Source: Lepidodermella squamata
Lineage: Eukaryota > Animalia > Gastrotricha
Direction: 5' to 3'
DNA length: 64,000 bases
Assembly: GCA_047495785.1 (NCBI GenBank)
Contig: JBLDXI010000059.1
Location: 186,001-250,000, forward strand
Shown here: positions 51,701 through 63,614 of the stretch, piece after piece
How the letters are laid out: the number at the start of each line of letters is the position of its first letter
Position numbering within the stretch: the stretch's first letter is position 1
Notes under the pieces: model-generated
Databases searched by the model: none
Seen by the model: the letters and a program-made list of their open reading frames with translations, nothing else
What the model was told of the DNA's origin: nothing
Translations under genes and position numbers: made by a program

Positions 51701-54700
51701 CCCAGCCATTTAGCTAGGATATGCCATATACCCAGAACTTGAACTTGGAAAATTAATTCCAAGTTTTTTTTGTTTTTGTGACGTGAGCGGGCGTTGAACC
51801 CGATGCTCGCTGTCTTTTAGCACAAGGCTAACCACGCACTAGACAACGACGACACGCACAAATGTTTATCCTAAAAGGGGTTTATAAGCTTAAAACCGTT
51901 TTCAAAGCGAAAATTAAAAAAGAGCTCGCACCAGGCATCGAACCAATGATTCCCTCTAACCTAAGCAGCATTCCAACCACTAGACTACAAGGGCTGGATA
52001 AATCAAGATGCTCAATTTTGGTATTTTAGTGGATTCAGAAAAGCTATTGATAACAGTTTTGCGGTCACCATTAATTCATGAAGGTTGTTGATGCTTTTAA
52101 CATTAGCTTCACACGTTCGATTCCTGATGGTGCACGGTTTTTTATTCATAATTTTTTCTCAATTTTTTCATCATTGAAAGTTCGGTTGAATTCATTAGGG
52201 AACTGGACCAAAATTATAGGTAAAAAGACCAATTACCTACGCGAAAACCATCAGGACATGAGCAACAACGTGGAATAAATACACAAACCGCCTGTCCACA
52301 CGTGTTATGCGAGTTGAAGAGCAAAAAACTCGGAAGCCAGCTGCCACATAAACTTGACTCTCTCATCTTCGCCTCGCGAGTCTCGTTTCGGTGTTGCTAA
52401 GCCCTCGACTCACTCGGCTACGCCTCGTGAGTCTCGAGCTTTGCAACACATGTGGCAGCTGCGCTGCCTCGTATTTGCTCGTAAACTCGCATATCCACTA
52501 TGACCACGCGGTTTGTCTATCAATATACCGTAAGTGTAGTTATTTTGGACAAAAACATGGTTTTCAGCTCTAGAAAATCAGGAAAAAATTATACAAATGT
52601 GAAAAGTTTAGAGCATGAGGGGGGGACCACTTCCGATTTCTGGGCAAAATTTGGTAATTTTCTCATGTTACCTTGATTTTATAAAAATGGTGCGTGGTTA
52701 GGCTAAATTTGGACACTTATGGGGTAAATTTGGACACCTCATTAGCATATTCATAATCGTCAAAATGCTTGCAGAACTTTAAGCTTTTCTTGAAATTTTG
52801 AAAAAAATGCGCACATGGTGCCAAGAAAGTGATGACGTCATCCAAACTCGATTCAAATTTTTTTCCCGCTATTTTTATCTCAACGCATTTATCATGTCCA
52901 AAATTACCCCACGTGGGGCCTAAACTTAGAGCCCACCTGTACGAAATTCCCAGCGACAAATGTCCCATTTTTTTTTACAGGTCGACAGTTCATGGTGTCA
53001 AGTACTGCTGGTAAAATTTTCAGAGCAGTCGACTTTCAGGTTGACCGGGAAAAAGGGGGTCCCAAATCGATGTTTTGAGACATCCCACCTTTTTATTTAT
53101 TATACAAACAGGTAACTTTCAGAATACCTTTAATTTGGTACCGTTGGAATGCCCGTCCTTCAAGGCGCCTCGAGATTTTAATGGGAATTTTTTAAACCTC
53201 ACTGATAGAACACAGTTACGCATAGAAGTCAATTTGTCCAAATTTAGCCTGTCCAAAATTACCCAGCGTTACGGTATGTCGTATCGTACAAGGCAATTTC
53301 TTCCAATAGCAGCAATAATATCTCAATAAGCAATCCGAATTGTTCCCAACGTCATTTTCATCAGTTTTTACAATTTGGAAAACCAAGCAAGATTGCAGAA
53401 CAGCCTTTCGTCTATCTAGCAGAGCCCATTTTCCCTAATAACTTGTTCCGTAACTGCGTGTTTTATGAGTTTTTTTTAAAGCTAGCGTATTTTCACTGTA
53501 ACTGTCTTCTGGCCTTCTCGGTCGATTTAAACTCTTTATTAATCTATTAGCAGACCAATCGATAGGGCTATTCGAGCTCTTTAATATGTGATAGATTATA
53601 ACTCAATAACCTGAAGGCTGATGAAAACAGCAGGCGAAAAGCAACCTTCGGATTGCTCATTGAGATATCTCTATCGGTCATTGGGGGGATTGCCTTATAC
53701 TTACCATACGACATATATTCGCTGCCGATGCATTAAGCAGTAATATCAAGAGTGTTGAAGCCATATAAACGTTTCCTTTTTCAACTGTAACAGTAGTGGA
53801 CTTTCGTTATAGTGAACAAATTTGATTGCACGAACAGCGTTCACTGTATTGAAAATATACTGTACTTTCGTGGTCATTCACACCATGATTTTATTCTAAT
53901 GGTGCTTCTTATATATATCATCGCCACCAAGTGATAGTATTTCTATTAGGCTCATCACAAAGTGTCACACAAACACACCACTAGCAGCAGCGATTAGGCA
54001 ACGCAAATAATTAGTGCGCCGCATGAAGAGAAAAGTTGCGCACACGCGCGCGATTTCCAGGATAAATAAATAAACGAGACAAGCCATTCAACCAAAGTAA
54101 AACAGATTTTTGAAAAGTTGAACCACCTAAATTTGAAACAACCCATTAACACTGCTGATAACCGGCGTTGTATGTGAGTACCCATTCTGTCGTGGAACGT
54201 TACCCTCAGAAAGCACTCCAGGAAATAAATTTCCACGTGAAGCGTTTGAATGTTAAAATGATAAAATGTATCGAATTCAGCCAACATTTTAGTTCGCGAT
54301 TGGATAGACGAGATTTTCGAGTAAAATCGACTTGAGGTGGATGGGAACCAAATGATGATGATGATGATAATAATAATAATAATAATAATAAAGAAGGAGA
54401 GTTGCGTAATGACAGGCAAGCGCAAGTTGCTGCTTTTCTAAAAAAATGCACATAAAATCCAATGTGAGCCCTTTCCTTGGCGTGCGTCTCATTGTTGTAC
54501 TCAATAACGCCAACAAATGCCAACTCAATAGAGATCAAGTAACTACTTGAATAGTAACATATCGCTCTTTAGTAGAGTGATAATTGATATAGACGCCACA
54601 AATAAAATAGAGACACATTGATCCCTGATGTTGACAAACGATTTCGGGCCATAAGCAATAATCATTAAGCATTTAAGCTACGATTTGTGAGCCACCCTTT

Positions 54701-55789
54701 AGAATTGAGGAAGGAAAAATTCGACGCATGAAAACTAAAGTACGCGCTATCAGGCGCCGAACTACTGCAGCAGCTGACAGTGCCAGCAGGTCATAAATGC
54801 GCGAAAAAGGATAACCAAAAGAGAATTGTCTCAAAATTCGTTTCACTTCGCTCCCTACGAACAGGAGCGGGAGCGAACGAGAGCGGAAATTGTTACTATA
54901 AACGCGCCTATTACTTACCGTTAGCCATGTGTTGACGCATGCGTAGGGCCAATGTCTTAGCGCCGCGCCATACCAGATAGCAGTCGAAAGGCGACGGAAT
55001 CGGACCGGCCGCGTTCTGGATGTACTTCAATTTCTCGTAGAGGTCCTTGTTATTGGTCGCGATAGAACCCATCACCACGTCGCTGTGACCATTGACATAC
55101 TTGGTCAACGATTCCAGGCTAATATCAGCTCCTAGATGAATCGGGCGCTGGAAGTAAGGCGAGGAGAACGTGTTATCAACAACAACAATGACATCTTTGT
55201 TGAATTTCTTGACAATATCAACAGCCGCCTTAATGTCGACAACTTTCATCGTCGGATTCGTCGGCGTTTCGATCCAAACGACTTTCGTCGACGCCTTCAG
55301 CGATTTCTTCAAAAGGTCGAGATTAGTCATATCGACGAAATCGGTGGTGATGCCGTGTTTCGACGCTAACATTCGCATCAAACGCTGAGTGCCGCCGTAT
55401 ACGTCGTCCATACAAACGATATGGTCGCCCGAATCGAGATGGTGGATGATTACATCGGTCGCGGCGAGGCCACATGAGAAAGTCAACGCATATTGAGCAC
55501 CCTCCAATGACGCCAGAAGACGTTCAAGGCCCTCGCGAGTCGGATTTCCGGAGCGGCCATATTCAAACTTAGCAACGCCTGGCGATGTTTGTTTGAAAGT
55601 CGTTGCCATGGAAATCGGCAGCACAACCGGGTTACCTGAAAAACACGGCGAAAATGAATCATCCACCTTAATAACATCAATTAATTATTCACCGTAAAAT
55701 TCACTCGGCTCGAAACCAGCATGCATCGCATCTGTATGGAAATGCGTGAAATCCTGGCCGGGAGTTTCGTTCAACTTCAGATCTGACAT
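48788..55789 (-). CDS. CTH: Cystathionine gamma-lyase; exons 55789-55693, 55635-54919, 49188-48788
   Basis: YGRSGNPTR, WIETPTNP, VVDNTF, PLP-lysine SLTKYVNGHSDV and AESLGGYESL; 5.7-kb TE-filled intron. Confidence 0.95.
50867..50944 (+). ncRNA. tRNA-derived (pseudo-tRNA / SINE-head-like) cassette
   Basis: A-box-like TAGCTTATTAG, B-box GGTTCAACCC, terminal stem GTGAGCAG / CTGCTCGC; no clean anticodon arm. Confidence 0.4.
51776..51996 (-). ncRNA. Two tandem tRNA-derived cassettes (~51996-51923 and ~51859-51776)
   Basis: First: TAGTCTAGTGG + GGTTCGATGCC followed by a T6 run. Second: TTGTCTAGTG + GGTTCAACGCC. Confidence 0.4.
52528..53274. mobile_element. pogo/mariner-type non-autonomous DNA transposon with TA TSD
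   Basis: TA|CCGTAAGTGTAGTTATTTTGGACA ... TGTCCAAAATTACCCAGCGTTACGG|TA plus internal AAATTTGGAC / GTCCAAA repeats. Confidence 0.75.
54352..54390. repeat. (ATG)n(ATA)n compound microsatellite
   Basis: Directly visible. Confidence 0.85.
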
Positions 55790-56348
55790 TTTTCCGAGTA
55801 AAAATCTAAAACAAAACAGAAAATGCATTAAAGAGCTTATCAATTTTTACTTGTTAAATTCATAGCAAATATTTCAATGTACAATGGCATGGTAAATAAT
55901 AACAATAATGACGCTGTTGCATTGATAATATAATATATCGAAAAACGCCGATAAAACATAACGAGAAGCAATATTTACAAACGTTTGATAGGAGGCGCAG
56001 AATTATCCACCTTAATCTCTCCAAGTGCAAACTATAAAATGCCTCAATTGCAGCGCCTTCTTCGATTCACGTTAATGAAACAAAACAAACCTCACAACCA
56101 TTTCGATTATCGATTAAATTTGGAAGAAGTGAATGACGCGTGTAAAAAAATTCGAAATGAAGCTTAGATAGACGAGTCAATTTTCATCGGCGTCGTCTGA
56201 AAAGTCACAACCATAGTAAGTGAAAAAGACACAACCTCGAATTAATAGGAGCGAGCGTCAACATGCACGATTTTTGTATAAAAAGAGCAGCTAAATTTTG
56301 GTTTAATTATAAATGATCATTTTGTTATAAAATAACAGCAGCGTTTTT

Positions 56349-59300
56349 TCACAACCGCAAAAGCACAAAAATCGAGCATAGGAAAACGACGAGAGGCGAG
56401 TTGGCGACGAATAAATGAGCAGCGGCTTCCATGCCCCGGTAGACTTTCAAATAATTATCCGCAAGTTCGAAGATAATGACAGGGGATGACATTTTACCGA
56501 TACCACCTCTGCTGTAAGCGTAGACTCGGAGTTGGTACCTCGTGTTGTTCATCAAGTTGTGCAGGGTATAGTCAACAGTACGCCCGGCATCTTCGCCAGG
56601 AAATGCATTCTTGATGCTTTCACCAACGAGCCAACACAAAATTTTGTAGCCCTCGACCGGTTCTTCCAAAATGCCGGTTTGGACACCACGCCACGTAACC
56701 CGGACCGCATTGCCGCTGACCGGCCATAACTTGACCCAACGGGGGGCTTCGATCGGAGCGCGACGGAGCGTTTCGACTGAATAAGGATCGGAGGGTCGAG
56801 ACTGGCCGGCGCCGTTCCAAACTTGAACGCGGAAAGAGTAGTAAGTCTCGGCGCGAAGACCGGAAATCAACCCACTGTCATTTTGCCCGTAATGCCAGAT
56901 ACGGTACGCGTCCAACTCGACCTCAGTATCGGTCATCCAATACAAAATTTTGTAGCCGAGTAGCTTGCCTTTGACGTCGGTTCTCGTGTCTGGGATAGGC
57001 GTCCACCAAACTTGGAGGGCAGATTCGTTGAACGGTTGAGCGTACGTGATGCGAGGCGCGCCGGGTGGAATGTCTTCGGCGGATTTGATGACGTAGGTCA
57101 ACGGCTTTTCCTTGCAGACACCCTTCGAGTTACCGGCCCATATTCGGACTTCATAGTCGAGATAGAAATTTTTCGATTGTCCAACAATTGTAACCCATTT
57201 GCCCTTATCAGCGCCGGGTATGGTGATCGGACGAGACCAGTCATCGCCAGTACCAGCCCGGCGGTATTGAACATTGTAGTACACCCCAGGACCGTTGTGT
57301 AATTTTCGCGGCAGAGGCTCCCATAAGACTTGTAACGTGCCAACTTTACCGCCGCCACATGAAGGTTGGAATGATTGCAAACTGTTTTTCGACAACCGAT
57401 GATTCCAGGCAGTGTAAACATAACTGACCGCATCCGGAATGGTGTCATTCAATATATCCCAAGGGAAATCGGAACAGGCATTGATGATGATTGGGTTGAC
57501 GAAGGGCACTTCCGAAGGCGTTTCGTACCATGAACTGTCAGGGCTAGGCAGCGATTCGCCCAATTTATTCACGGCGTAAACTCGGAACTTGTACTTCGAG
57601 AACGCAGTCAAATTCGAGAGAACAGTTCGGCAAAATTTGCCGCCAGGCGGACAGGCGTTGCGATTCTTCTGTGATTCCGGGTCCGATCTATTGACATTCA
57701 ACACAACTTGGGTGGTCCAGTTCGATTCGTACTCGATGATGGATTTAACGATGTAGGCCGTTATTTCGTAGCCATTCGCCGCCGGGACGAGCCATTGCAA
57801 CTCGATCTGGGCGGGGCCGAGAATTTTGCCGCGAACTCCGGCCGGCAAACTCGGCGGTCCCCAGACTTCCAGCATGGTATGCTTCGCCGAAAAATCAGTA
57901 CTAGACCTAGCTACACAAGTCCAATTACCAGCATCATCGTGTTGAACACTGGGAATGACCAGAAAACCAGGGCGCATTTCTTGATGACGTAGCGTATGGT
58001 TTGCAGCGAGAAGTTCTTTCGGAATATAGCCCAATTTATATCGATGTTCTCGGACGAAATCAACGTAACGGTTATTCAGCCACCATTCGTACTGAACATC
58101 CAACCTTGAAGAGGAATTCGCTTCACATATCAAAATTACGGTTTCATTCACGGTAACTGGTGGAGTTTTCAGCTCAGGATAACGCATGATGATAGTAGGT
58201 TCGAGAACTCGGAGCCAACCGCTTGATTCCGCCTTGCCATAGTCGTTTTGAGCCTCACACGTGTAGTAGCCTTCATCTGCATAGCTGACTCGAGCAATGT
58301 ACAAATCGCCGTAAGGTTCGAGAATTCGAATCGATTGAGACATGCCAATGTTACCACCATTTCTCCTCCAACGATATTTCAGCTGAGGAGTGCCGATTCC
58401 AGATGCCTCAGGTCGGCATTGAATTACGAATGGATTGCCATTTGTCGCCAAATTATTAAGCTGAACTGGTTGTCGAATGAAATGGGGCGGGATGTTACTG
58501 ATTCGCAGCTCAGCTTCGTCCGTAGCGATTCCGTAGACGTTAGATGCAACGCAGCTGTAAACACCTGAATCGCGAGTTTTATCGAGTTGGGCGATGTGAA
58601 GTTCGCGTAAATCACTAGACCAAATAAATCGGCCTTGATCCTGTGGCTCTAAATTTGATGGGTTCAACATCTTCCCGTTTCGATACCAATTAATGATGAC
58701 CGACGGCTTTCCTTCGGCTAGGCAGCGTAACGTGGTAGTAGTTTCGCGTTCGTGAACGACCAAATCTCGCATTGGGAAGGCGAAAAAAGGCGAAGCGAAG
58801 ATTTCGACATCGACGGATCGAGTGTGGGACGACGTCTTATCGGCACGAACGGTGCAGCTGTAACGACCACCGTCAGACATAGTCGCGTTTTCGATGACCA
58901 AGAGCCGATTTCTGTCTTCAAACCGCACGTTCCTCGGCATCATTGTTTTGAATTCACGGCCTTCGAGAACCAAGCTTCGTTCCCAGGTGTAGTGTAAAGG
59001 ACTGTAAGAACCTTCAGAAACGCATTCCACTCGAATATCGCGACCAACAAGCGGCATTTTCGACGCTACCTTGGGGAACGTCTCGAAAATACGCGGTTCG
59101 CGTAAAGCACTAGACTTGAGCACGATAACTTCAATCGGCTGCGAGACTTGGGCAAGTTTATCAGAGACGACAGTTATACCAGAAGGCTCGATTTGACACT
59201 TGTACTTGCCAGCATCGGTGTCGAGAACTTGTTCAAAATACAGCGAACCATCAGCACTCGAGAAAATGTGTTCTTTGCCAGGGAATTGCGGGCTAATGAT

Positions 59301-60407
59301 TTCACCTGGGTTATCTCGGTACCAGGTATACATAGGTGGAGGATCAAGCGGCGGTGCGTTACAGGCGATAACGATCGGAGCATAAATCGACGTCTGAACC
59401 GGGGCGCGAGGTGTTTTCGAGAACGGAGTTAATTCAGTAAACGTGATTTGAACTACGTTACTCATGACGGTGCCGTACTGATTTTTGGCCTGGCATACGT
59501 ACTTCGTAGCTATTTCCGGTTCTTTCGCGGATTCTTTGTTGTGAAACACGAGTAAACCATTGAATTGACTGATACCAGCATCTTTGCCCGCTTTAACTTC
59601 ACTCAAATAAGTGATATTACCGAGCTGCTCGACAACATGGAACCAACGATAGCTAGGCAGAGGCCAACCGTCAGCTACTGTCTCCAGTACGAGACGGACA
59701 TCGGAGTTTCGGAAATAGACGACAGACGTTGGCTGTTGAATGATTTGAGGAGCACGTTGAATTTTACGCGGGTCGACATTGGCTTGGCCAAACGAGACGC
59801 CAACACGAGGAACGAACAGCTCAGCAACTAGGTTGCGATCAATCTTGCAGATAAATGGGCGCACAGCATCATCCCTAACCAGCAGCCAAGCCCAATATCC
59901 GTATTCGGGATGTCGGCTATACGCAATGACATTGTTTGGGTCGTCTGGTAACCTCAGAGGGCTGATCAAGTCATGTCGGTTTTTGTAGAGCCAGTATTCA
60001 TCTTTGAAGCTGACAATAGTTGGGGGCTGATCGCCTCGCCATTCGAAAGTGTTATCACTCGGCACGTAAGGTGGACCTCGGCGATGCCCACTGGTCAGCC
60101 AATCAGTCGAGTATTGCTGCCATTTTGACGTTAATTGTTGTTGGATCCATTTGTGCTCCTCGTCGTCGTTGATTGTAGCTAATCGAGCACTGGGTGCGTA
60201 ATCTCTGCATGCCAACAGAGCATTTTGGAAGCTCATCTGATGGAAGAACTCAAATCGGTAACAAATGCGCTTCGACCTGAATTCAGTCCAGTCTGGAGGG
60301 CATTCATACTCATAATTTGATTGGAACTGATTGTATTGACCAATCACAGCTGACTGGAACGAGACGATAGTGGTCAAAATCAGAGGAAAGCATCTCAATT
60401 TCATCAT
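56349..60407 (-). CDS. Cont: Contactin (signal peptide, C-type lectin, about 6 Ig, 4 FN3, GPI signal), single coding exon
   Basis: CPPDW..CYRF lectin domain, Ig DxGxYxC motifs, GGGKVGTLQVLWEPLPRKLHNGPG in FN3, hydrophobic C-terminus. Acceptor at ~60418 precedes ATG 60407. Confidence 0.92.
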   Translation of the reverse strand: MMKLRCFPLILTTIVSFQSAVIGQYNQFQSNYEYECPPDWTEFRSKRICYRFEFFHQMSFQNALLACRDYAPSARLATINDDEEHKWIQQQLTSKWQQYSTDWLTSGHRRGPPYVPSDNTFEWRGDQPPTIVSFKDEYWLYKNRHDLISPLRLPDDPNNVIAYSRHPEYGYWAWLLVRDDAVRPFICKIDRNLVAELFVPRVGVSFGQANVDPRKIQRAPQIIQQPTSVVYFRNSDVRLVLETVADGWPLPSYRWFHVVEQLGNITYLSEVKAGKDAGISQFNGLLVFHNKESAKEPEIATKYVCQAKNQYGTVMSNVVQITFTELTPFSKTPRAPVQTSIYAPIVIACNAPPLDPPPMYTWYRDNPGEIISPQFPGKEHIFSSADGSLYFEQVLDTDAGKYKCQIEPSGITVVSDKLAQVSQPIEVIVLKSSALREPRIFETFPKVASKMPLVGRDIRVECVSEGSYSPLHYTWERSLVLEGREFKTMMPRNVRFEDRNRLLVIENATMSDGGRYSCTVRADKTSSHTRSVDVEIFASPFFAFPMRDLVVHERETTTTLRCLAEGKPSVIINWYRNGKMLNPSNLEPQDQGRFIWSSDLRELHIAQLDKTRDSGVYSCVASNVYGIATDEAELRISNIPPHFIRQPVQLNNLATNGNPFVIQCRPEASGIGTPQLKYRWRRNGGNIGMSQSIRILEPYGDLYIARVSYADEGYYTCEAQNDYGKAESSGWLRVLEPTIIMRYPELKTPPVTVNETVILICEANSSSRLDVQYEWWLNNRYVDFVREHRYKLGYIPKELLAANHTLRHQEMRPGFLVIPSVQHDDAGNWTCVARSSTDFSAKHTMLEVWGPPSLPAGVRGKILGPAQIELQWLVPAANGYEITAYIVKSIIEYESNWTTQVVLNVNRSDPESQKNRNACPPGGKFCRTVLSNLTAFSKYKFRVYAVNKLGESLPSPDSSWYETPSEVPFVNPIIINACSDFPWDILNDTIPDAVSYVYTAWNHRLSKNSLQSFQPSCGGGKVGTLQVLWEPLPRKLHNGPGVYYNVQYRRAGTGDDWSRPITIPGADKGKWVTIVGQSKNFYLDYEVRIWAGNSKGVCKEKPLTYVIKSAEDIPPGAPRITYAQPFNESALQVWWTPIPDTRTDVKGKLLGYKILYWMTDTEVELDAYRIWHYGQNDSGLISGLRAETYYSFRVQVWNGAGQSRPSDPYSVETLRRAPIEAPRWVKLWPVSGNAVRVTWRGVQTGILEEPVEGYKILCWLVGESIKNAFPGEDAGRTVDYTLHNLMNNTRYQLRVYAYSRGGIGKMSSPVIIFELADNYLKVYRGMEAAAHLFVANSPLVVFLCSIFVLLRL

Positions 60408-61507
60408 AAAGAGCTTCCTATAAAGGAATAAAATAATCAACATTTAAGCCCAAACCAATCAGATCAAACATTGAACACAAAGATTGCTAAGAAATAAGGA
60501 CAGTAAGGAAACTATCGAATGTCTAAATGTCATCCGTTCAGATTAGCTTACGGACAGAAAAATCGGTTGTACAGACCGGTAAGACCGATCGATGAGAAAG
60601 GACTACATACGATAAGATACAAACTCGTCCCAAGCTATATAGCAAAATAAAAGTGGCATGACTATATTAAGATGAAGAGATAATTGAGCAATACTTTCAA
60701 CGTGCATCTGCCCATTATAACCAAGCCTGATGGCCACGGTGCCAGCGGACTTGCATCTGGTGTTCGATCAACATTCGACAATTTATGTTTAAGCGCCGAG
60801 TAAATGCATCGCTCAAACAAGCCCACTTAAAAATATCTGAATCAACTTAATCTTCCAAATAAATCAAATATAAAATGAATAGTATGGAACTAGTAGCAGA
60901 GGAAGCAGCGGTAAAGATGACGCTAAATAATAAATCTAGCATAAATCTTCCAAATTGATTTCAAAAATGCAATGAGACCTTGGTTTTGACTTTGAAAATA
61001 ATACTAATCATAACGCAAACGTCGGTCATTTATCAATAAATATAATAGTGATAACAGCAGAGAACTTGCAATTTTTTAACATCTACTTTCAAAAATAATC
61101 ACAAATGTCTTTCATTTATGATTTATAAGACTGAGAGAAAAACTGAAACCAGAAACCATATTAAAGCACAACGAAGCGAAATCAACACAAGTCATCAGCA
61201 ATCAATTCGCTTAGCAAAAGTCGCGCATCTCTAACTCTAGAATGAAACGTGATTCGGACATAATAAAGATCCATTTCACTCGAGAAAAGCCCATTTTATG
61301 TCATGGACTAGATTTCCAAAGCTAAACAGAAGGTATCTTGAATGTCTCATCCCTCATCTGCATAACGGATGACAGACAACTCACTAACGGTAAGGACAGA
61401 GGACAGAGGCTTGACAACCCACGCTAACTTCGTCGAAGGGAAGACTTCAACTCGAGCCGCGCGACGGTCCCCTTCGCGAAAAAAAACAGCTAAGTGAAAA
61501 CCCAAAG

Positions 61508-61972
61508 TTGGAAGAGATGCCAAAAATTAGAATTGCAAGAATTATTAATTTTATGTATTTTCAATTTATATCTATCAAAACAAGTTACAGGTCTGGAAAA
61601 GTTTGCGCGGGAAATAGATTGGCATTTTACTCGAAATATCGAAAATCAGCAACTTCATCTGAGTTCGGGATTGCTAAACGCTTCGAAGCTCTACCCTGTG
61701 ATCTCAGATCCACAGCTCTGCAACTTCTTACAAATAGTATTTTTCTTAACCTAGAACATTTCATCTTCAATGTGAAAGATACAGTATGTATATTTTGTAA
61801 GGAAACTGTTACTTTTCGCCTTATGGCAAACCACCTGTCTTATTTCTGCACAGGTATAACTAGTCATGATCCTGTCAGAATTTTTAGTAATAATCAGAGC
61901 ACTATCAAAAATACCCTTATTTTCTTCAAACGCGTAGCCTTACATATATCTAGAGCCACTACTATTGTCTAA
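61508..61972 (+). mobile_element. Possible 3' end of a non-LTR retrotransposon ORF2 (CCHC knuckle)
   Basis: CIFC-x11-H-x4-C followed by TLIFFK, a layout typical of LINE ORF2 C-termini. Confidence 0.35.
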
Positions 61973-62299
61973 GGATTGGCAAATTGCCTTCGACACTAGG
62001 GCTTTTCTCTGCCCAATGATTGAATTTGCTTCCTTGGGGACCTCAGGTATGAGGGCAGGCAGGAAAATCAGCAAGCCCAGGAACCCAAGAAACCCGGCCA
62101 AGGAGAAGTCAGCGCCATGCGCCATAATGGGTACTGCTGTTGGATGAACTTTCCCTCATCTAGTTATTCCAATTTATTTGAACAATTATTTTGCAGAACT
62201 AAGCACGAAGCACGAAGTACTAAATAAGAACTAAGCAGTGGCTTGGTTTTAGTAGTTGATTGTGTCAGATTCTGGGGTCAAAGTTAATGCCTGGGTAGA

Positions 62300-62685
62300 T
62301 CTCACCTTCCTCTCTATTCTCCACGAAAAAGTCTCCACTACGTATTGACAAAAGTCTTACCTTCTCGGATCAATGGGTCGCGTTAGCTATGAATTTCCAA
62401 AAGATTGATTATTTTATCTGAAATCCTGCGCCTCAAAGCGTCTAAATCGTACATATTATCTTGCCTCATAGCATAACATAACATATTCAAAGTCTCAGCC
62501 TCGGTTTTTGTCTCTCTATCTACTCACCCTACCTTCTCACCGATATTGAAAAACTAGAGGCTATTCAAGCTCGCTTCTCAAAACACTTGCCATACCAAAG
62601 TTCTTACTACTTGTCAGTTGAAGATTCGTCCTACGATGAAAGGCTTAGAAAACTTGGATTATGCAAAATTGAAATGAGAAATGGT
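62300..62685 (+). mobile_element. CR1/L2-group LINE 3' fragment
   Basis: IYSPYLLTDIEKLEAIQARFSK...SYDERLRKLGLCKIEMR matches the WSPY..DI..LE.VQRRFTK..SY.ERL..LGL..LE.RR signature. Confidence 0.75.
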
Positions 62686-63554
62686 ATTTCTTCTTTGATT
62701 TGTTCTCTAGATTCGATATCATTGCAGCCGTAATTCTTGCGGCGCATTCAACAATTTATAACGTCTGAATGGATTGGTTAATTTTAGGATGATCTAATCG
62801 AAGCGGTTGTCTGTAAATGTTTGCTTAATAATTCATGGGTGAACGTAGCATGTGGTTATAGATCGCCTTTTGCAAACGATGATGCTAATGAGCTCTGCGA
62901 CTTCCTCTCAAACTATTTAGACTCTACTTCAATTGTAGTCTGATTTCGAGTGGAGCTCTAGATTCTAGATCAATCGTTGGCGACAGCTTTAGCAACTTTT
63001 TTCTCGTTGTCTAATGATCCATCTCGGTTATTTTCTTCTGCAAATTCACGTACAATAAGCAACCGTCTTCATTGACGAAACCTGCCTTAGCCTTGAGCCT
63101 AATCGGGATAAAACTTAGTTGTTTTCTGTCCAGTCCTGTCCAGGAATTTCAGGAAAATAGACATATTATGAATAGTTAGGTAAAAAGTACCACAGAACCA
63201 CCGCGAACTTTTTTCAATGATTTTATATCTTCTGTGTTTATGTAGCGTATTAATCGGCCCCCCTCAGTAACTGTTCCCCTTTACGAACAAACATACAGCA
63301 GCAACAGGTGTTAATGGCCTACCCAGCCGATAAGGCCCTTCCCCCCAGAACGATCTATCCCCCTACATTCAGGTGAATGATGCAGGTGTAAAAGTTGACA
63401 CGTTTTTACGAAAAACAATGAACAAATAAATGAGTGAATGCGCGCGTAATTTTGACGGTGTCACCTGATAAGCGCCAACTTGTCGCGTTGAGAGACGAGG
63501 GCGGCGGTAGGCGCGCGCGAATGATCAAAGCGTTACCTTTGCGTGACAACTAAG

Positions 63555-63614
63555 TCGCGCTTGTCTCGTGCGCGGTGGATCCCGCGCTTGTCTCGGGTGC
63601 GGTGGATCCCGCGT
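63555..63614 (+). repeat. Two-copy ~26-bp tandem repeat
   Basis: CGCGCTTGTCTCG(T/G)G(C/T)GCGGTGGATCC x2. Confidence 0.8.

Larger units (their letters stand above)
49785..52425. repeat. Pair of ~120-bp diverged inverted repeat copies (~49785-49900 and ~52305-52425)
   Basis: AGCCGACTGAGTCGAGG..GAAACGAGACTCGCGAGGAGAAGA..GTTTATATGGCAGCT aligns to the reverse complement of the right copy. Confidence 0.7.
51188..53862. mobile_element. Old Tigger/pogo-like non-autonomous element containing nested insertions
   Basis: CAGTATATTATCGCTATAGTGA ... TCACTGTATTGAAAATATACTG|TA with repeated ATAGTGAAC subterminal motifs at both ends. Confidence 0.55.

Noticed and set aside
53994-54538. Poly-I/L/Y/H ORFs (also the poly-His ORF at 23237-23431)
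   Set aside because: Translation artefacts of trinucleotide microsatellites.
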